Of a DNA stretch of 64,000 bases, positions 59,979 through 64,000 are shown piece after piece. Origin of the DNA: Eledone cirrhosa (taxonomy: Eukaryota); contig OZ024741.1 of the NCBI GenBank assembly GCA_964016885.1, forward strand, positions 178,312,001-178,376,000. The letters run 5' to 3'. Positions within the stretch are counted from its first letter, which is position 1; the number at the start of each line of letters is the position of its first letter. The notes beneath the pieces are model-generated. The model did not search any database and was not told the DNA's origin. It worked only from the letters and a program-made list of their open reading frames with translations. The position numbers were made by a program, and so were the translations under genes.

Positions 59979-60015
59979 ATATATATGTGTGTATGTGTGT
60001 GTGTTTGTATGTATG

Positions 60016-60119
<104 letters not shown>

Positions 60120-60139
60120 GAGAGAGGGAGCGTAATTAA

Positions 60140-60425
60140 GTATCGAGAGAGAGAAGAAGAAAAAGAAATAGGCGATACATGTAGTTATTTGCCAATAGCA
60201 TATGCGAAGGGTGCTCAATGCAAGGGTGCCTGCAGTGTTTAATATTATAAGTGTTAATATCTAGTGGGTGAGAAAATCACCAGAGCGGATACACGTGGAG
60301 AAATATATAAAGGAGACAAACCGTTAAAACATGATAATTTAAAATACCACCTACGTACGTTTCGCCCGAAAGGTGCTATTTTAAATAAACATGTTTTAAC
60401 GGTTTGTTGTCCTTTATATATCTCC

Positions 60426-60428
<3 letters not shown>
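60140..60428. mobile_element. Fold-back pLTR fragment of the 36.9-kb Naiad family
   Basis: 60140-60367 matches 36868-37076; 60371-60428 is inverted. Confidence 0.8.
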
Positions 60429-60490
<62 letters not shown>

Positions 60491-60496
<6 letters not shown>

Positions 60497-61020
60497 ACAC
60501 AAGAATCAAAGCTATGTTAGAACATTTAAATGTTCTAACATAGCTTTGATTCTTGGGTATTCTATATTACTGATCTGTATAATAAAAGGTGTTCTCACAT
60601 TGAGCTATTTATCTTACTGGTAATAAGGTAGTAATAAATTACTGACCTTACCTGTTTATAGTTGTATATAGTATATACATAACTATAAATAGTATCCTTA
60701 TTAATATAATATCCACGAGCTACACTGTTCTCGCTTGGAGATATAGCCGGATTAGTTGGAGAGGGTTGCTTCCGACAGGACCCTTTGAAGGGAGTGTTTC
60801 AAGACTCTGCCTCCGATTTTCATTTCAATCTGCTCCCATACAAATAAGTCTATCCGATCGATTTTAAGTCTCTTATTGGGCTACTCCCTGGCTAATGGGG
60901 TTTTAAACTCGAAAATATTTGGGATCGTTAAAATTGCTAATTTAAGAGTCTTTTGTGAGCTTGGAAATTTAACATTCGCTATATTTATTGTATTGGTCTT
61001 CAAAATTTAAACTCGTGTTT
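60491..61020 (+). mobile_element. 74-bp near-perfect palindrome plus a tail related to the 24.3-kb Naiad 5' region
   Basis: Palindrome 60491-60564; ACATTGAGCTATTTATCTTACTGGTAATAAG shared with 24262-24292 (-). Confidence 0.7.
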
Positions 61021-61074
61021 CATATATATATGTGGGGGGGGGGGTCTGTGTGTCTGTGTCTGTGTGTATGAATG

Positions 61075-61156
<82 letters not shown>

Positions 61157-61331
61157 AATATATATATATATATATATTTTGGCGGTAAACTCCTTCCTCC
61201 TATTTTCGATATAGTGTGAGATTTTCTTTAGAACTGCTGGACTAACAACCTGGCAGCATCGTTAAGAACTGATGGTGATTATCGCTAAATATTGATGTTG
61301 ATTTAGTTATCAATATTGATATTATTGGGCA

Positions 61332-61458
61332 CCCACTGAAGAATTATAAGAGCCCACTTGAATAAGTATCTGTTGATCTTATACAAGCTTCTACATAAAT
61401 TGGTATAATTTCACCCAAATTGTTGAAATCTTATAATGAAACGAGACGTCCGTCTGGG
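61332..61458 (+). ncRNA. Type I hammerhead with 9-bp stem II, a large loop and a GUC site
   Basis: CCCA CTGAAGA ATTATAAGA...TCTTATAAT GAAA CG agacgtc CG TC TGGG. Confidence 0.8.
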
Positions 61459-61641
61459 AAGAGATATATTTGATATATCTCATATGAAATGATACAGCCA
61501 GTTTTCCACACAGTACAATTAGTTAGCACTCCGAACGTTTAATTAGGAATATACTCAGGTAGTTCCTAATGTTTGTTGAGTGAGCTGGAATTTGGCCGGA
61601 GTATTGCTTTTAGCTTTCTCCGATTATGTATTTATATATAT

Positions 61642-61675
<34 letters not shown>

Positions 61676-61735
61676 CACATAATCGGAGAAAGCTAAAAGC
61701 GATACTCCGGCGAAATTCCAGCTCACTCAACAAAC

Positions 61736-61849
<114 letters not shown>

Positions 61850-61950
61850 GGAATAAATAAATATATATAGAATAAATAAATTAATTAATTAAATAAAAAT
61901 GGCGTAGACATTAAAGTACAATACAATACAATGGGGGAAAACATAACGGT

Positions 61951-61982
61951 ACCACTGATGATGTTGCAGATGTGCAACGAAA
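61951..61982 (+). ncRNA. Partial hammerhead core
   Basis: CTGATGA t GTTGCA gatg TGCAAC GAAA; no convincing stems III or I. Confidence 0.4.
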
Positions 61983-62008
61983 GAAGTTTGATAGACTATA
62001 TATGTATA

Positions 62009-62047
<39 letters not shown>

Positions 62048-62202
62048 CTGTATTTTTAACCGTTGGTCAATCAATGATAAACATTGATTTCCAAATAAAT
62101 TAACTATGGAGATATAAAAGATACAGAAGAAAAAACCAACCAAACAGTGTTATTATTTCTGGCAATATTATTACAACAATATGACCTTCCCAATCTATAA
62201 CA

Positions 62203-62300
<98 letters not shown>

Positions 62301-62522
62301 CTTTATATATATATGTAAACCTTTATATGTAATAATCTTCCGTTAGGTTGAGATACAATTTGGCGGTATTAGGCTGCGCTTTCTAGCAATATGCCTACCC
62401 GCCGTAAACAACTAATCACATCTTTTCTAACTTGACCGCTGCCACGTGACGATTCTTAGCCATTTTTGAATGTATTTTTGGCGCGATCACTTTGGAAAAT
62501 TAAACGTCTAATTTTGAGTTCG

Positions 62523-62596
62523 CTCCTGATGATTCCGAAGCTCTGGACATTCCCTGTTAACGGATGTCTTAAAATACGGATGAAACCATGGTAGAG
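62523..62596 (+). ncRNA. Type I hammerhead within a pLTR fragment (62320-62878)
   Basis: CTC CTGATGA t TCCG...CGGA t GAAA CCATGG TA GAG. Confidence 0.8.
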
Positions 62597-62964
62597 GTAA
62601 TTATGTATGTACGCAATTCTTCTAAGTTCAATTTTACACCGAATTGTGTTTAGTTGATTGTATATCTGGTCGATTTTTACATGCTGTCGAAATGTTAGAT
62701 AAATACTCTATCGTAGCCACCGCGAACGGGCTGCTTTCGGTTATTTGTCGGAGATTTCTTCATAGGAGCCTTTATTCTTATAGCTTGGTCTAATGGTTTT
62801 TTTATATGGTTAATTATACTAATTGGGAGAAGAAATGGTATATATTATATCTAGTGATTCTAAAGACATATTTTATGATATATATATATATATATATATG
62901 TTTATATATATATATATATATACATACATATATATATATACATACACATATATATATATATATA

Positions 62965-63028
<64 letters not shown>

Positions 63029-63532
63029 GTGCGTATGTATATCTGAATGCATGTGTACTGGTAAAAACTGTTCAGTCCATACCTAGCAGTTTGTGTTGTA
63101 ACAATTGTTCATGCTACCACATTAGTTAACATCGTGATTAAACGTTCCACTTTTAAACACAATTTGTCTTTGTTGGGGGCGAATGTAGTGGGTTAGACGT
63201 CTCAAGTGTTCAGAAAGCCATTTTTAAAGATGATTTGGGGCTTTCTTATTCGACATGCCAAAATATTTATAGAATATACGTCAAACCAAATGAAGAACTC
63301 TCAATCATATCCTTGGCAACAATACTGGAAACAAACTTTTTGATCGATTTCATCTGAATGATAGATCAAACTCGAGGCTGATTTATTCGCACACCTTAAT
63401 ATGAAGAATAAATCAACAATAACATATGAACAGATAAAGTTATGTAATGTATAACAGGGTGAATTGCAAGATGCCAATTTTATCCCCCCCCCCCCTATGT
63501 ATGTATGTATGTATGTATGTATGTATTAATTT

Positions 63533-63844
63533 ATGTACATTATCATAGCCGACAAGGACTGGAATCGAATTCTGTCGATAGATTGGTTATTGATTAGGCG
63601 AAACCCGCTGATGAAGTCACATACGACGATCGTGTATTGTTGCATAAAAAATGGAGACCGTGGATGCTGTGCACTCAATTTCTGCATTATGTGTGCCCGA
63701 AACTCGAGTGCGGTAAAGATTGACGTGTGTTTTATTGAAGCTAATAACTATGTCTACTCTGGGATTTTCAAATAACATAACCTATTGGGTACGCTGAGAT
63801 GCGATCGGTACTAGCAGTGAAACCCATGCTAGTCCCGTCAACCC

Positions 63845-63848
<4 letters not shown>
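63533..63848 (+). mobile_element. pLTR fragment of the 41-kb family; HHR with a non-cleavable GUG triplet
   Basis: Aligns with 41000-41327. Confidence 0.8.
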
Positions 63849-63929
<81 letters not shown>

Positions 63930-63940
63930 AAAGTTTGTCC

Positions 63941-63998
63941 TTCATCAGTGATCTTCCAACCATCATAGGCATTTCATCGCTTTAAAGACCATATACCT
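63941..63998 (-). ncRNA. Non-circularly permuted hammerhead
   Basis: Sense AGGTAT A TGGTC n10 T GAAATGCCT n13 GATCA CTGATGA A. Confidence 0.72.
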
Positions 63999-64000
63999 CC

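Overview
AT-rich, microsatellite-saturated, non-genic metazoan DNA. The SINE family and the (TA)n/(CA)n density suggest a cephalopod such as Octopus (inference). No host exon could be supported. The window is a landing zone for Penelope-like retroelements (PLEs) inserted into (TA)n tracts: two Neptune-like RT/GIY-YIG elements (16.2-18.5 kb +, 54.9-57.1 kb -), one full-length and three truncated Naiad-like elements, a fifth GIY-YIG type, and about 20 short non-coding pseudo-LTR (pLTR) fragments, many as fold-backs. It also holds R4/Dong and RTE LINE fragments and many tRNA-derived SINEs. About 30 hammerhead-ribozyme (HHR) motifs were read by eye. Three signals stand out. (1) An HHR family whose three core strands occur in a non-circularly permuted (pseudoknotted) order, with covarying stems and fixed linker lengths, including a 530-nt unit bounded by two such ribozymes. 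(2) A covarying RCTC/GAGY stem-loop with a 2-nt bulge, shared by unrelated PLE tails, with insertion ends falling 0-9 nt upstream of it at a TA-like site. (3) A ~530-nt HHR-bearing head-to-tail array resembling a retrozyme or circular-RNA multimer. All structures are manual predictions; no searches were run.
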